This document shows, piece by piece, positions 24,201-38,300 of a stretch of 64,000 bases of DNA. Every line of letters begins with the position of its first letter. The stretch's first letter is position 1. A program made the position numbers and the translations under genes. The stretch is from the NCBI RefSeq assembly GCF_009914755.1, contig NC_060926.1. The stretch is one strand, 5' to 3'. This DNA is from the human T2T-CHM13v2.0 reference genome, Homo sapiens. The notes below the pieces were generated by a model, which saw only the letters and a list, made by a program, of their open reading frames with translations, did not search any database and was not told where the DNA came from.

Positions 24201-26654
24201 TTAAACACAGATTTTACACTTTAAATTGAGACCATCATCTCAGTTTTGAAGTAGGAAATTCCTAAGATAACTTTACTTTGTAAAAAATGAGGTCTCTCAA
24301 ATGGTAGACAATTAATCCCAAGGCTTTAATTGTCATCTAAAAACATAAAGAATAAAGTGTGCCATTTCCTTTTTTATCTTTTCTTTTGGCTTTGTTTTAG
24401 AGAAAATAATTTTCTTATCAATTCTGCAGACATAGTGCTAGCTTATATCTTAAGAGCGGATGCTATCAGTTTTAGTACATTCGCTGAAGTTAAACTATCT
24501 ACATTGAGTAGGAGAGGGGAGCTCTCCTGGCATTAAACCCAAACAGAACCTTAGTAAAATTTATAATAAATCCACTTCATTATTGCATTATATAAATGGT
24601 CTTAATCCTAGAAATGGCTATTAATGTGGTGTCCTCTTTATATTTTGATACCATAAACATAGAATATGACACAAAATTGGAAAAATGGAATTCATTCATT
24701 TGAATGTGTTGCTGTGGTTTTTTTTCTCCCCTGGCTATTCTAGAGGTTAAAGCTAAGGAAATGTCTCTAATTTTGATGTTCATTTGGTGCAATCTAAATA
24801 TGTTTCTTGTTAGCGGCGATTATATGGAAATAAATTTTATTAAATATTTATTTTTGAGATTAGAATTCTTGAGCTTCAGGCACATTTGAAATCATTACTT
24901 AAAGGTGGAAAAAGTTACTTTGTAGATTTTAAAGCTGGAAATGTCCCTGATTCAAAAAAAATGAACTTATTCTGGGTCACCCAAAATACTTTAAAAATTT
25001 CTTTTAACAACAGTTATGTATTGAATACTACAAGAAATGGGCGGGGCTTGACTGCCTTCAACAGGTGCATAATCTGTTCTCTTCTTAAACCATCTCTCTA
25101 TCCAAATGTCATGTTAAGGGCTTTGGATATCATTCTTCTGGGCCATAACATCCTGTTTATATGTCCATCCCCAAATTAATTTTCTTCTATTAATTAGAAC
25201 AAAATATTGAACTGTGTGTTTGTCTTCCCAACCAGACCCTGAGATCTTCAAAGTCAAGAGCAGTGTTTTGTTCAATCTTATGTTCCAAGAAAAAAAACAC
25301 ATACACACATGGATCTTGACACTAAATACTTTAAACGAATCCCATACTTTGGGCCATTAGATTATTTCTTCTGTCTCCCATTTTGCCTTATATAACATTG
25401 CAACAAATATTTTTTCATATAAAGCTTGGTTTGCTTTGTGAAATTTTCTCAAATATTCCTTGTATAATAATAATAATAAACATTTACATTTATATTTCGT
25501 GTTTTAATTATATTGCTAAGTACTTCACATGTGTTACATTAATTAATCCTCATAGTAACCTCTAAACTAATTACTATTTTCTTTTTACAAATGAGTAACC
25601 TGGTATTTGGAAATTAACAGTTCATCCAAGACCACACGGTCAGTAAGCAAATCCAAAACTATCTGAGCCCAAAGTCTGTGTCATTATACGTTATGCTATA
25701 TTTACTTATTTTCTGGTAGTGGAATTAATAAGTCAAAATTAAGAATAATAAAACTATTAGTTTTATTAATGAATACAATAAAGATATAAGATTCTTGAAA
25801 AACTGAATGCTCTACAGGAAAGGGAACGTGACGTTTTGCTGCAGGTGTCAAAGCTTTGCATGGGGAGCTTCCTTAGCACTTGACATGTGTGCCTTCCTAT
25901 GTGGTCCTAAGGAGAGTTCTGTACATGCGCTGAGCTGGAAGAACAATGCAGCAGTTCAGCACTATAGATCATTCTGGCCTCCAAGTTGTTCTAACATACC
26001 TTCTTGACAGAAAGTAGATCAGAGAAAAAGGTGTTCTCTGTTAAGTGACACCAAGAGCACCTAATGATCCAAAAACATCTCACTCTTGTGGCATTGAAGC
26101 CAGGATGTCAGCTTGGTCCATGCATTGATATGCCTGGTGTGTTTGTGCCTTTTCTGAGAAACAGTGGGGGCTGCTGCTTTATGCTAGCCAAGGACACAAC
26201 TGTGGAACACAAATATCAATGTATCTCAAGTCAGAAAGCAAGGAAAGAATGATTGGCCCAAGGAAGCTAGGTGACCAGTGTAGACCTTCCAGAATTAATC
26301 CCTGTGTGACCTATATCTGGCTCTGTCTGAGGAGGATGGGCCAAAAGATTTGCTTACTCAGCGCTTTTTCACATTTGCCCAAATCTCCTAATAAATGTAG
26401 CATACATAATATAGCATAAAATGTCCTTAGTATGGTATATTGGAATGAGGAGACAAAGACCTGTGTTAGCATCGTGGAGTAGTGTTCCTAAGTAAAATTT
26501 ATCTTCTGCACAGAGACTTCAGTTTCTTCATTTATAAAATGAGGAGGCAGGGATAAGATAATCTGTTAAATTTCTTTCCAACTTTTGAGTTGTTATCATG
26601 GTGAGTTCTATAATAACATTTAACATTAAGAGTTCTATAAATAACATTTGGTTC

Positions 26655-26830
26655 TGATTTAGACTGAAAGTGTGTTCAAATTCTTGCTCTACAACTTACT
26701 AGCAGTGTGTCTTTGGCCATGTTACTGAACTTTTATGAACCTCAGATTCTATTTCTGTAAAGTGGAGCTAGTAATACTTTTTATTTTTTGTGGAAAGACA
26801 GCTCAATGCCTAGCACAAAGTCATTCTATG
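26655..26830 (+). mobile_element. MIR
   Basis: gttcaaattcttgctctacaacttactagcagtgtgtctttgg...cctcagattctatttctgtaaagtgg. Confidence 0.75.
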
Positions 26831-26938
26831 AGAAATGAAGACATGGTAATGATGATGATGCCATCAATGATTCTGTTTACCCCAGTTTTTCATAAACAGT
26901 CACATCAGATGTTCAATGTCAGTGTGCTGTATAGTGTA

Positions 26939-27409
26939 TGTATTAGTTTCCCAGGGCTGCTAGTATAAAGCACCATAAACTTTGTAGCTTAAGCTATCAG
27001 AAATTTATTCTCACAATTTTAGAGGATAGAAGTCTTAAATCTAGGTGTTAGCCAGGCTGGCTCCTTGTGAAGGTTCTTGGGTAGAATCTGGGCTATGCCT
27101 TTCTCCTAGCTTCCAGTGGCCGCTGGAAATCCTTGGCATTTCTTGGCTTACAGTTACATCCCTCAAATTCTGCTTCTGTCTTCCATGTCCATCTTCCCTC
27201 TCTGTGTGTATTAGAGTCCCCATGTCTTCCTAGGATCTTCTTATAAGTACAATAGTCATTGATTGAGGGCCCACCCTAATCTAGCGTCACCCCATTTTAA
27301 CTTGAATACATTATTAAAGACAACTATTTCCAAGTAAGTTCACATTCTAAGTTAGCAGAGGTTAACACTTCAATGTATCTTTTTGGGGAACACAATTCTA
27401 CACAAAATA
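26939..27409 (-). mobile_element. MLT1 (MLT1B/C-like) MaLR solo LTR
   Basis: tgtattagtttcccagggctgct...cagaaatttattctcac...gggcccaccctaatc...ggggaacacaattc. Confidence 0.88.
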
Positions 27410-28834
27410 GTCTATGGGGAACTGTACAAATATAAAGCAGTGAAGTTATGATTTCTGATAGCGATGATCACAGGTTATGCAAAATCAGAATATAAACGAG
27501 TGACTTAACTAGGTTACCTTGATCTCTCTATATGCTCATTGCTTATAGAAATCAAGTCAGGGAGGATTTTGGTTACACTCCATGTCATAGATCACTAAAG
27601 TCATCCGAGTTTTCCAATTTTGGGGAATAGTCTGTGTTCCTAAATGACTTTTGATTTCCCCCAAAATTTGTGTCTTGGCTGTCTTTGGAAATGGTGACTG
27701 CTGAAGACAGTGAAATTATCTTTGAACTCAAAAATGACCCATTATCAAAACGACTACTAATTTTGTGTCTGTCAGGCTCTGAGTCAGATGATTTATTCTT
27801 ATTCAGTGGCTTGCCTCTGGTGTGGCTCCACCTGCTAGCTCAGAACTGCTCCACCTGCACCTCGGCCCCACTGGCAAAAGCCAGGTCCTAATGCTGCATG
27901 ACAAATCGCAGCACCAAACTCATTTACTTCCGAACCACTGAGCAGGAATCCCTTGATTTTAAACCCATCAGCATCATGCCTTCAATTGCCATTTCCTTAG
28001 CAAGTGTGAATTTGGGGGGGGCATAGTTCTCAAAACCCTCAAGATGTACCGTCTCCACAAGGAGGCCAAATTAATATGACATTTAGGAAGGGCTCTAAGC
28101 TAAGAAAAACATCTTTCCTAGGAACCTCCAAGTATCTCCCTCCCCAAACACATGAATTTATGATCCCATGTGTGAGTTACAGGGCCAGCAGATGATGATA
28201 GCTGACAAGCTATCTTTGATTTATTTTCTCTTGTGTCCAAAACACTCAGAAAATAATATTTTGTTGTTCGCCAAATTGGAACCTCAGTTCTACCGATGAA
28301 TGCCTAAGCTTGCCAGATATCTACTGTTTTACTGTCTTCTTCTCCAATAAACATATCTGAAATGTTGTCTGCAGATCTAACTTTCAGGATCAGCATCGTT
28401 CCAAGGTCAGGGCATGGCACTGAAGCTGCCTTGTTTCCATTGAGGATTGATGTAATTTTCGCCATTCCCCTCTGTTCTTTTATGAAATTCTGGGATTATT
28501 CAGCCTTTTCTAGAATCTTAAATCTATATTTCTGTCTATCATTTATCTGTTGACCTGCTTATCTATCATCTATCTGTGATATTACGTTATTTCTTTGAAT
28601 ATATAAAATATTAAAATTTTGAATAGACAAATTTGAAAGACTAGAAATATAAATGGTGGTGGATTTATTTCCAGAAATAATAAGCATCTTTTTCTTCTTG
28701 AGCTTCAATTTCCCTAATTTCCTTTTGTTCTCATTATTCTTGAACTCCTACATTCAATTAACCCTTGGTTGCCCTACTAAATTTTAATCTTCTTGATGTT
28801 TTACTTATTTTCTCCATCATGGTATATTTTTCCA

Positions 28835-29150
28835 GATTCCTGCTCTTTTTGCCTTTCTGTCTTCATTCCTCTCTCCTTCTCTCCTGTCCTCCATCCTTGT
28901 CTTCTTATCTCTCTTCCTTCCTTTTCTACCTCTTTTATAATTCAAAAAGAATGAACGTGTATAATGAAAGAAGTAGAAGAAGGATAAGAGAAGGAGAAGG
29001 AGGAGAAGGATGAGGAGAAGGAGGAGGGGGAATAGAAGAGAGAAGTGGAGAGAGACAGAGAGAGAGACAGAGAGAGAAAGAAAAAAGGCATAAGGGAAAG
29101 GAAAAAAAGCATAAAGTGGTAAGATGAGAAGATGGGAACAGGGAAGAAGA
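28835..29150. repeat. Low-complexity CT-rich tract followed by a GA-rich tract
   Basis: Pyrimidine-rich 28835-28935, then (GGA/GA/GAA)-rich 28965-29150. Confidence 0.85.
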
Positions 29151-30964
29151 AAATACCTAAAACTACAAGGCCTAACATTAGTGGACAATGTATTTAGCAC
29201 TGAATGCTTGTCCAGTGAACACTAAAAGGGAAATATGACTAGTTGCAAAATATACACTGCTGCTAATGTAAAATCATACCATTTGCTTAACAAAATGGAA
29301 AAATATTACAGTTTGAAACTACAGTAAGATAAAGATTTCTTAATTGAATATCAGCCCCTAAATTGGCTTTTAACAACCAAAAGTTTTGATGTAATAATTT
29401 CAATTCAATGGGAAGTGAAGCCGACGACTTCACTGAGGCACTGACCGCCCACTGCAAAGCTGCATCTCCAAGAAAGGGTGCAGGAAGGCTCAGTTGTAAG
29501 AACACAGAATCTAGAGTTCCAAGACCTAGGCTTACGTGTTTTTATCACTCACATGTTCTGTGACCTCAGGCAAGCCTCCTTGTCTCTTTGTCTCTCAAGG
29601 GAATAATGAAAAAAAGTCTCATATACATGCAAGTGTTATCATTAGTTATTAATTATTGTCATCACAAATTGTTATGTTCCAAATACACTTTAAGTCTCAG
29701 ATAACACCATTTTTCAGTCTATTGTAACATTGTTAAAATATTTGATTCCATTAAGTTAATTCAATATATTGAATATTTCATGGAAAAACTTTAAGTGCTT
29801 TTTAAAAAATGTTCAAGGGCTTTTATTTTCTGGTTTTCAGGTCAAATTTTTGGTTCACAGATGTTACAAAAATACATATGGAGGGCATCCACTGCAACAG
29901 CTCAATATTCTTTTAGATTACGTTTTAAGAAAAAAAAAGAGAACAAAAAACTTACAACAACACCTGTTATTCAGCAGAATTTGACCTGACCCCTTTCTCC
30001 TTTTCTTGTTATTATAAACATCAAGCTCTTTAAGTGAGAGCTGTTTAAAGGACTGAGGGTTGTGAGTGTTCCTTCCTAGATCCCAGATGCATTGGGAGAC
30101 GGATGGGCTTTTTGATCTTTATTTTATGAGTGTCTGATAAATTGCCTCTGGCACCTGGCAACTGAAATTTCACTATCTGAAAACTAACCCTCATGTCAAA
30201 CAATGTGACCAGCCTTAGCCTCTCAGTTGAGGATCTCTGTAGCTGGGTGGAGGATGCCTTCCACTTCCTGGTCAGGTCTACCACCATGCTCAGGGGTTTA
30301 CATACTTTTAATTTCAGAGGGAAGGAAGGATTATTAAAGGGCTTTATATGCTATGCAAAAATGTGCTTTTTGAAAGGTTTCATCATAACTCCCATTCTAG
30401 GATTTTTGAATAAGTCAAATAGAGACTTCAGCCCACTGTCTGGCCTGAAAAAAAATGCTGGTAACAGGATAAAGATTTGCAACTCTGGGTCATGAGCCTC
30501 TTCTCACTAGACTCCATCTGTGTGTTGATATAAGAAGAATGCAGGTGGTCTTTTTCTAGGAACAGCAAAGCTATAAACAAAGTCATCAGCTCAGACTATT
30601 ATCACCTTTCTTTTAACATCTTATCCGGGGCAAGATTAACTCAACCCCAAGAAAGGGCTCTATAGTTTTCTCTGTTTACAGAGATTCAAATATGCAGATA
30701 TTTTAATTTTTAAGAAGATAGAAAAATAATGAAATGATATAAACCCTCTCATATTGCGCTTCTTCAAAGGGAAAGAAGCCTGAGAGAGCAATGATAAATG
30801 AAAATATTAACCATCCCGTAACTTCCAATGAATATGTCATCATCATGGTGGAACACAGGTCCCTTGACTTGAGACACCTATGTATGTACCATATTACCAC
30901 TTGTCACTCTTTTTTCCTCTTCCTCTGCTTTCTAAACTTGTCTGTTTAGAAATAGTTGTTACTT

Positions 30965-31311
<347 letters not shown>

Positions 31312-32702
31312 TCAATCTTGGAGGAAATTTTTGTTCATCTTTTAAAGTTTCCTTCTGGGTTGCTGCTTTATGTACTTTTTGAGATCTCTTACAGAGGTCT
31401 AATCCTGTTGGCTGGATGGAATTGAGTTTGGACAGGCTAAAGTTTTGTTTCAATTTCTTTCTTTCTATCTCTCAATTTCCTTCTTTCTTTTTGCAGCCAA
31501 CAGGAGATTTTTAGTTTAGGCTTGGCTATCTGAAATACAGTAATATTGCTGTAAAAACAGCAATGCCCTAGGTCAATCATTTACTTACCTAGCAGCATTT
31601 ATTTATTATTGAGCAAGCAACATTTATTATGCTCAATTCTGAGTTTACAGAAGTAAATTTGATGTATATCTTGCCATCAAGGGGCTTGTAGTCTCATGTG
31701 AAAAACAAACATGCACACAAACAAGTAAAAGATAATTTTTGACATTGTTTTCTTAGAAGTCTATATTTGGAAGAATGAGGCTACAAAGGGGCAAGAGGGG
31801 AAATTTACAGGTGACATGTGTGCTAAGTCTTGAAAATTGAGGAGATATTCCTCCGGTAATAAAATCCACGCAAAAAGAGCAACCGAGCAATGCATGGACT
31901 CTTAAAAGGACACGACAGTTGGGGGAAGCAGGAAGCAGGTTGAAATGAGTGGATCACTGAGTTTGGCCTAGTGAGAGATGGCACATCCACAGAGGGACAT
32001 CTGATCCATCAATCCTGGCAGGGTTTGCATGCTGCGGTGAAAATTTATAAGTAAAAAAAAAAAAGAAAAAATGAAATTCAGAGCTTATGCATCTTTTTTT
32101 TTTTTAAAGTGACAAAAGGGTATTTAATGATATAAGTTAGTTTTGAAAGAAAAATTATTCTGTCACTAATATACATCCAGGACATCCGTGACTATGATCT
32201 GTCATGTGGTGAAAATAGAATTTTAAGGTGAAATTCTAGGAAGAAATCAAAGCTTTGTGTTAATGTCAGCAAACCAATAATAAATGTGGATCCTAAAGTT
32301 TGGGATTCATGTTGGTTTTGACTCTTACACAACAAAACAATAAAACCAAGCAACACAAAGTTGGGGTAGGCATGATGGATGGAGCAGTAGACTGCAGGGC
32401 CAGAGACTGAAATCTGCTCCTGGTTCTGCTACCAAAACACTCGATGGATTGAGGCAGTTTCTTGACCATTTCAGGACCTCAGTTTCTTCATTTTATGTTT
32501 CCCCTTGGCAACACTTATTATACTTGCCATGATTCATGTGTGTATATTCCACTAGATTCTAAGGTCCAAGAGCACAGGAGACATGTGCTGAAAGTGACTT
32601 GTTTTCTGCATGTTTTTGGAGCCCTGTCAGCTCAGGCGTGTGAATATGTTTCCAAGGCTTCAGGCTTCAGTTTTTGCTTTATTTATGACTTCATGTTACA
32701 GG

Positions 32703-32767
32703 TTCCTTCCTTCCTTCCTCCCTTCCTTCCTTCGTTCCTTCTTTCCTTTCTTTTTTTCTTTTTTTTG
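32703..32767. repeat. (CCTT)n/T-rich simple repeat
   Basis: Read directly from the sequence. Confidence 0.9.
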
Positions 32768-34719
32768 ATACTGTGATATCCTGTATAGAAGAGAGACTGA
32801 AATGTACCATTCTCTTTCCTGGTTGCCTCTGAGAGGGTGAATGGAAGCTGGGCTTTCTCCATGGGGTTCTAAAGAGTTTGAACACGTGGATTCAGAGGCG
32901 TCTTTGGATGATCCTACAGGGCTCTTAAACATCTCCCTGTGGAAGAGAGCAGTCCATGCTGCCAACTCCCAGATTCTCATCCTGGGAGACTGGGAGAATA
33001 CCCTGTGTCATTTCCTGTTCCTCGTGTGCTGCCAATACACATGCAGGTATGAACTCTCGTTAAACCTGGGGTCACCTCAGCATTGAAAAAGCCAAACCCT
33101 GGTTTCCTCTGAATATAACAATTTAATTACTAAAATCAAAATATGACTGATATTTCCGCATTAATAATTCCTCCCAACCATGTAAAGCCAGACAGAATTC
33201 AAAGTACTGGGTGAATTGACTTAACATACACACAACAATGAGAATGATGCAAACTCATAAAAACATATTACTGTGTCTTACATATCAATAATTGATAAGT
33301 ATAATACAAACTCTTGGTCTTAAAAAGTTTGGATCTGTAAGCTATGTATTGGACCCTCCCAAAATATATGAAAGTTTTCAGAATGATAAGAAATCCACAG
33401 TCAGTTGTTTGCACTGGCATTTACAGTGCAAATTTAACAGCTACTTTTTTTGTGTGTTTATATAAAAGAAGATTGCTTATAAAAGTAAGTATTTGTTTGG
33501 GAAATAATAAGCTTAAAAAGAATAAAATTGCTGCACTCAGCCTTCCCCCTGGCTTTTCTCCTCTGTCTCTGTGGGTTAGAAAAAGTGAAGCTGTCAGGAG
33601 TAAGCAGACTCCTATTGTGCTCAGTGGAAATAGCATGTTTTTTTTTTTTTTTTTTTGCATCCTTTTTGTAGTTGATAGTTACACTGGGTTTTGGACCCAG
33701 GAATGCTTCAAAAAATATTTGCTGAATGAATGGAATGCCTACAATGTCTGCTGACATGTAAGATCTTTAGCTAGGTGACCTGGGAATTAGGCATTGTAGA
33801 TTAATTCATACAATGCATTATTTGAAAAATTTGCTCCCTGTTGAAGAAATCAGGCAAGAGAACCTGAGATAGCAAAGACAAGGGCTGCCACTCCAGTCAA
33901 CCTCATCTCTCCATCAGCTAGGGGAAGGGTGGCACAGAGAGGATGTGGTGTATGTATGTGTGTATGTGTGAATGCATATGTGGTGCGAGTGTAGAAGTGC
34001 ATGACACGTGTGTAATGTGCAGAGGCAGCTTACTCTAGGGAGAAAGAAATTGGAATCCGATGCTTTTTGTATTGCCACTTTCCCTCAGAAATCAGAAGTA
34101 CAAACATCTGTAATGTGTCAGGGAATGCAGACATTTGAACATGTCTGGTTTTGATATTATTAAATGACCAATTTATTAAAGTAATTGAAGGGATGAAAGT
34201 GTGGCTCTCCCTACTTTACAGATAAGCTGAGATTGAAGTGTGAGATGGTACAGTCTAGCCAGGTTAGAATTGGATGACCTGCTGCTGATGAGAGGTAGTT
34301 GAAAAATAGTTCTACTTTGTTTTATTGTCTACTTTATATTATCAGAACTTCTGGGAGAGAAGAGTTATAGATAACAAAAGTGACATAAACCGTGTGCCTA
34401 AAAAGCCCCTGTCAAAAGGCATGAGATGCTTCTTTGGGCATATCACATTTCATTTAGCAAGATTCTCTCTTAGAGTGTCTGAAAAAATATACAGGAAGGC
34501 CTCATATGTACTTTTAACACACGGTCTGTAGAGAGGAGTTTAATCAAAGGTGCAGCAAATAGTACTTAGAAATGAAAGAGTACTTAGAAATGAAGAGCTC
34601 ACCAAAGTTCAGCCTTTCCAGTGTTTAAAGGATCATTTATGACCTTGAGAAGGGCAGATGTTTTCTTACTTTTGGAACTTCTTTAGACAGATGACAGATG
34701 TGGTCTTGCAGTAACAGGT

Positions 34720-34965
34720 TCATTCATGCAGTGTGGTCATTGAGAAAGGACCTCGTCATCAGGGAGGCCTGGGCTAACATTTTGGCTTAATCATTTAACA
34801 GCAGAGTGGTAAAAATGGATTTTATCTGTGTCTGAATCTCAGTTCTGTTGCCTGCAAAATGAAAATAATATACCTGTCATATAGTTTTGTGAGATTTAAA
34901 GGAGATAATACAAATTAAAAAGCTTAATACAATGCCCGGTAAGTGCTCAATAATGATTCACTTTT
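34720..34965 (+). mobile_element. MIR
   Basis: tctgaatctcagtt...ctgcaaaatgaaaataatatacctgtcatatagttttgtgagatttaaaggagataat...taagtgctcaataa. Confidence 0.75.
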
Positions 34966-35685
34966 ATAGTTTTAATCATACATCATCAAATCTAAGACAT
35001 CAACAATGATAACTTGACCACCAGATTTAATGATAACATGGGGGGGTATAGCTTAAATATGCCATTTTTATTATATGTTTAACCATTAATATACTCGAAT
35101 CCATATAATAACTATTAATTTCCTCTTTAGGCTCAACATCAACATTTGAGGTGAATCCGCAAGTATGCAGTCCAAACTTTCTCTGAATCAATTTGGCCGC
35201 TAGGGATTATAGAGAATACCAGGTGACATTCTCCTTTCTTAACTCCTGCTTGTTATCTTAACACAGCACCTTTACTACTGACAGTAAAATTTGAGGTTTG
35301 TCATAGGAGACCAAGTTACCTTTTTCTTTTTTTTTTCTTTGCATCAATTGAATTACCTCCCACAGGAAGTCTAGTAGTCTCTTTTGAGAGAAGCCAGAAC
35401 ATTTCTGACAAATTTCTGATGCTTGAAAGACAGTACTTTGTGTCTGGGAGGGTGTAGAAGAGATTGGGAGTTAGTTTGTTTACCTGTCTGTCATCCTGTC
35501 TTGGGCCCAAACTACTGCTCTGTCCCCACTGTCTTTCTAGCATGAAAAAGCTTTGCTGATTTTGAAAACTATAGAATTTTACTGACATTCGTTGAATTGT
35601 CTGACATGTGACAAGCAATCTACTTACATTTTAAGCAAACAAAAAATACTTTTCTTTCAGTGTTGCTTTATAGTATAATTATCAA

Positions 35686-35965
35686 TTTTTTTTTTGAGAC
35701 GGAGTCTCGCTCTGTTGCCCAGGAGTACAGTGGCACGATCTTGGCTCACTGCAAGCTCCGCCTCCCGCGTTCACGCCATTATCCTGCCGAGTAGCTGGGA
35801 CTACAGGCACCTGCCACCACGCCCGGCTAATTTTTTTTTGTATTTTTAGTAGAGACGGGGTTTCACCATGTTAGCCATGATGGCTTTGATATACTGACCT
35901 CGTGATCCACCCACCTCTGCCTCCCGAAGTCCTGGGATTACAGGCTTGAGCCACCATGCCGGGCC
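35686..35965 (-). mobile_element. AluY with two small internal deletions
   Basis: ctgcaagctccgcctcc; lacks ctgg after cccagg and about 10 nt after cctgcc; degenerate TSD taattatcaa / taatcttcaa. Confidence 0.95.
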
Positions 35966-36231
35966 TAATCTTCAAATATTTTAAGCAACAATTGGTGTTA
36001 CAAATGTAAGCTTAAATCTGATTGTGTGTGATGGTATCGGTGAAAATGACTACCTAGAGATGACTTATGATAAACAGATACCTTGTAGTTGAGCTGTATT
36101 CACAGATGAGCAAGCAATGAAAACTCTCTCACAATCATCACTCTGAGTAATTACTAACAAGTTGCTTTTGACAATCAGTTGTAAGTTGTGTTCAGTTTTA
36201 AAAACAAGAAACTATTTTGAAGTACACAATG

Positions 36232-36312
36232 CTGTATACATTTATGATAACATCACATTGTACCCTATAAATATATGCAATTATAATTTGTCAATTACAA
36301 AATAATAATAAT
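36232..36312 (+). mobile_element. L1MA 3'-terminal fragment
   Basis: aacatcacattgtaccctataaatatatgcaattataatttgtcaatta followed by an A-rich tail. Confidence 0.75.
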
Positions 36313-36471
36313 TTTTAGAAAGAAAACAAAAAGATCCAACTGTGTCTTCTAAATTGAAAAAAATAAAAGAAATATGGTGTTATTAATGGCATCTCTAGCT
36401 TATTCTAATTCTCATATATGACATTTCCTCAAATGTTTATCCTCCATAAGGAAAATCCACGTGGATATACA

Positions 36472-36987
36472 CACTTGATCCCTGAATAACTCCAGGGTTC
36501 AGGGTTAGGAACACTGACCCCTCTCTACCAAGTTGTCAACACTCCACACGTTAACTTTTGACTCCTTAAAATATTAGTTAATAACACCCTACTTTTGACT
36601 GGAAGACTTATTAATAATATAAACAGTTGATTAACATGAATATTGTATGTTACATATATTATATACTATATTCTTACAATAAAGTGAGCTAGAGGAAAGA
36701 AAATCTTATGAAGATAATTATAAGGAAGAGCAAATATACTTACTATTCATTAAGTGGAAGTGGATCATTATGGAGGTTTTCATTCTTGCTGTCATCATGT
36801 TGAGTAACTGAGAAGGAGAAGGAAGAGGAGGGGTTCGTCTTCTTGTCTCAAGGGTGGCAAAAGAAGAGGTGGAGGAGGTGGAAGGGGAGTCAGGAGAGGC
36901 AAGAACACTCTGTGTAACTTTTATTGAAAAAAATCCACTTAGAGTGGACCTGAATGGTTGAAATCCATTTTGTTCAAGTGTCAACTA
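36472..36987. mobile_element. Tigger2-family (TcMar-Tigger) non-autonomous DNA transposon
   Basis: Degenerate TIRs cacttgatccctgaataac ... ttgttcaagtgtcaacta (consensus CAGTTGACCCTTGAACAAC); internal attcttacaataaagtgagctagag. Confidence 0.85.
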
Positions 36988-37159
36988 TGTATGTATGTAT
37001 TTGTTTGTTTGTTTTGTTTTATTTTCTTCTGTGCTTCTGCAATAGCTCACTCTACTTGATTTCTTTTCTGTTACAGTACTTGGCTAGCATATCCATAGAG
37101 ACAGGCCCATTAGCCTCTTTGAGAAATTGAACTTTGGAAGCAGTGCACCACATTAGTGT

Positions 37160-37330
37160 AGACACAAGAATGAATGATTCTTTTGCAAGCAGATTGCAGC
37201 TTAAATTTCATCTCTTGCCATTTGGTGCTTCTGTGGCTTTGGTCAAATCACTTGATCTCTTGTGAACCTGTTTTCTCATCTGTAAAATTGTTATAGTTTG
37301 CATTTTGGGGGGTTATATTTGGCCTATATG
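37160..37330 (+). mobile_element. MIR
   Basis: ctgtggctttggtcaaatcacttgatctcttgtgaacctgttttctcatctgtaaaat. Confidence 0.75.
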
Positions 37331-37938
37331 CTCTACGATTAGATTGTTTCTCCAGTTGCTTGTGTAGATCTGGGTGTGGTACCCAATAAATTGTAACTTT
37401 AAGATTATTGCCATAAATTATTAAAATAATAGCATATATGCCTGCTACTTTGTAGTTTACAAAATGTTTCATTGAACACTAGCTTAAGTTTTGTGACATT
37501 ACTGTGAGACAGAGTAGTATAATTTTATTAAATGACACAAGATTTGATTTAAAAACACAACTCCTTACTTTTAGTGCAATCATCTTTTCCTTCCTCCTTA
37601 CCTCTTTTAGTGCAAAATTGACTATTATTTTGAGCAATTAAAAGCTTTATTTGATGCAGATCTGTTTTTATATTTGTTGTATTGTTTCAGTCTAAGTAAT
37701 TTTTGAGCAAAGGTAGTTTGCTATCAAATAGGAAACTGCAGGTATGTGTTGGTATTATTTAGGCCCAAGAAACATTCAAGGAACTTTACTTGCAGTGAGT
37801 TAGGTATTTCAAGAAAGGGCTACTAGGCCTTCACAGTGCAAAGTAGAGGTGAACAGGCTGGGGTGGGAGTTGTGGATAAGAGGAATGTATCCAGGGTCAC
37901 CTCACTTAGCCCTGTACATAAGACTACCAGAATAGTAC

Positions 37939-38300
37939 TGATATGGTTTGGCTATGTCCCCACCCAAATCTCACCTTGAATTGTAATAATCCCCACATGT
38001 CAAGGGCGGGGCCAGGTGGATTGAATTGAATCATGGGGGCAGTTTCCCCTATACTGTTCTTGTGGTAGTGAATAAGTCTCATGAAATCTGATGGTTTTAT
38101 AAATGGGAGTTCTCCTGCACAATCTCTTTTGCCTGCCACCATGTAAGAGGTGCCTTTCTCCTCGTTTGCCTTCTGCCATGATTGTGAGGCTTCCCCAGCC
38201 ATGTGGAACCATGAGTCCATCAAACCTCTTTTTTCTTTTTTTTGTAAATTACCCAGTCTCAGGTATGTCTTTATTAGCAGTGTGAGAACTGACTAATACA
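37939..38300 (+). mobile_element. THE1B/C solo LTR
   Basis: tgatatggtttggct...gactaataca; 5-bp TSD agtac/agtat. Confidence 0.96.

Noticed and set aside
36455-36466. 12-bp palindrome atccacgtggat with an E-box beside the Tigger2 TIR
   Set aside because: Palindromes of this length are expected by chance several times in 64 kb; no other support.
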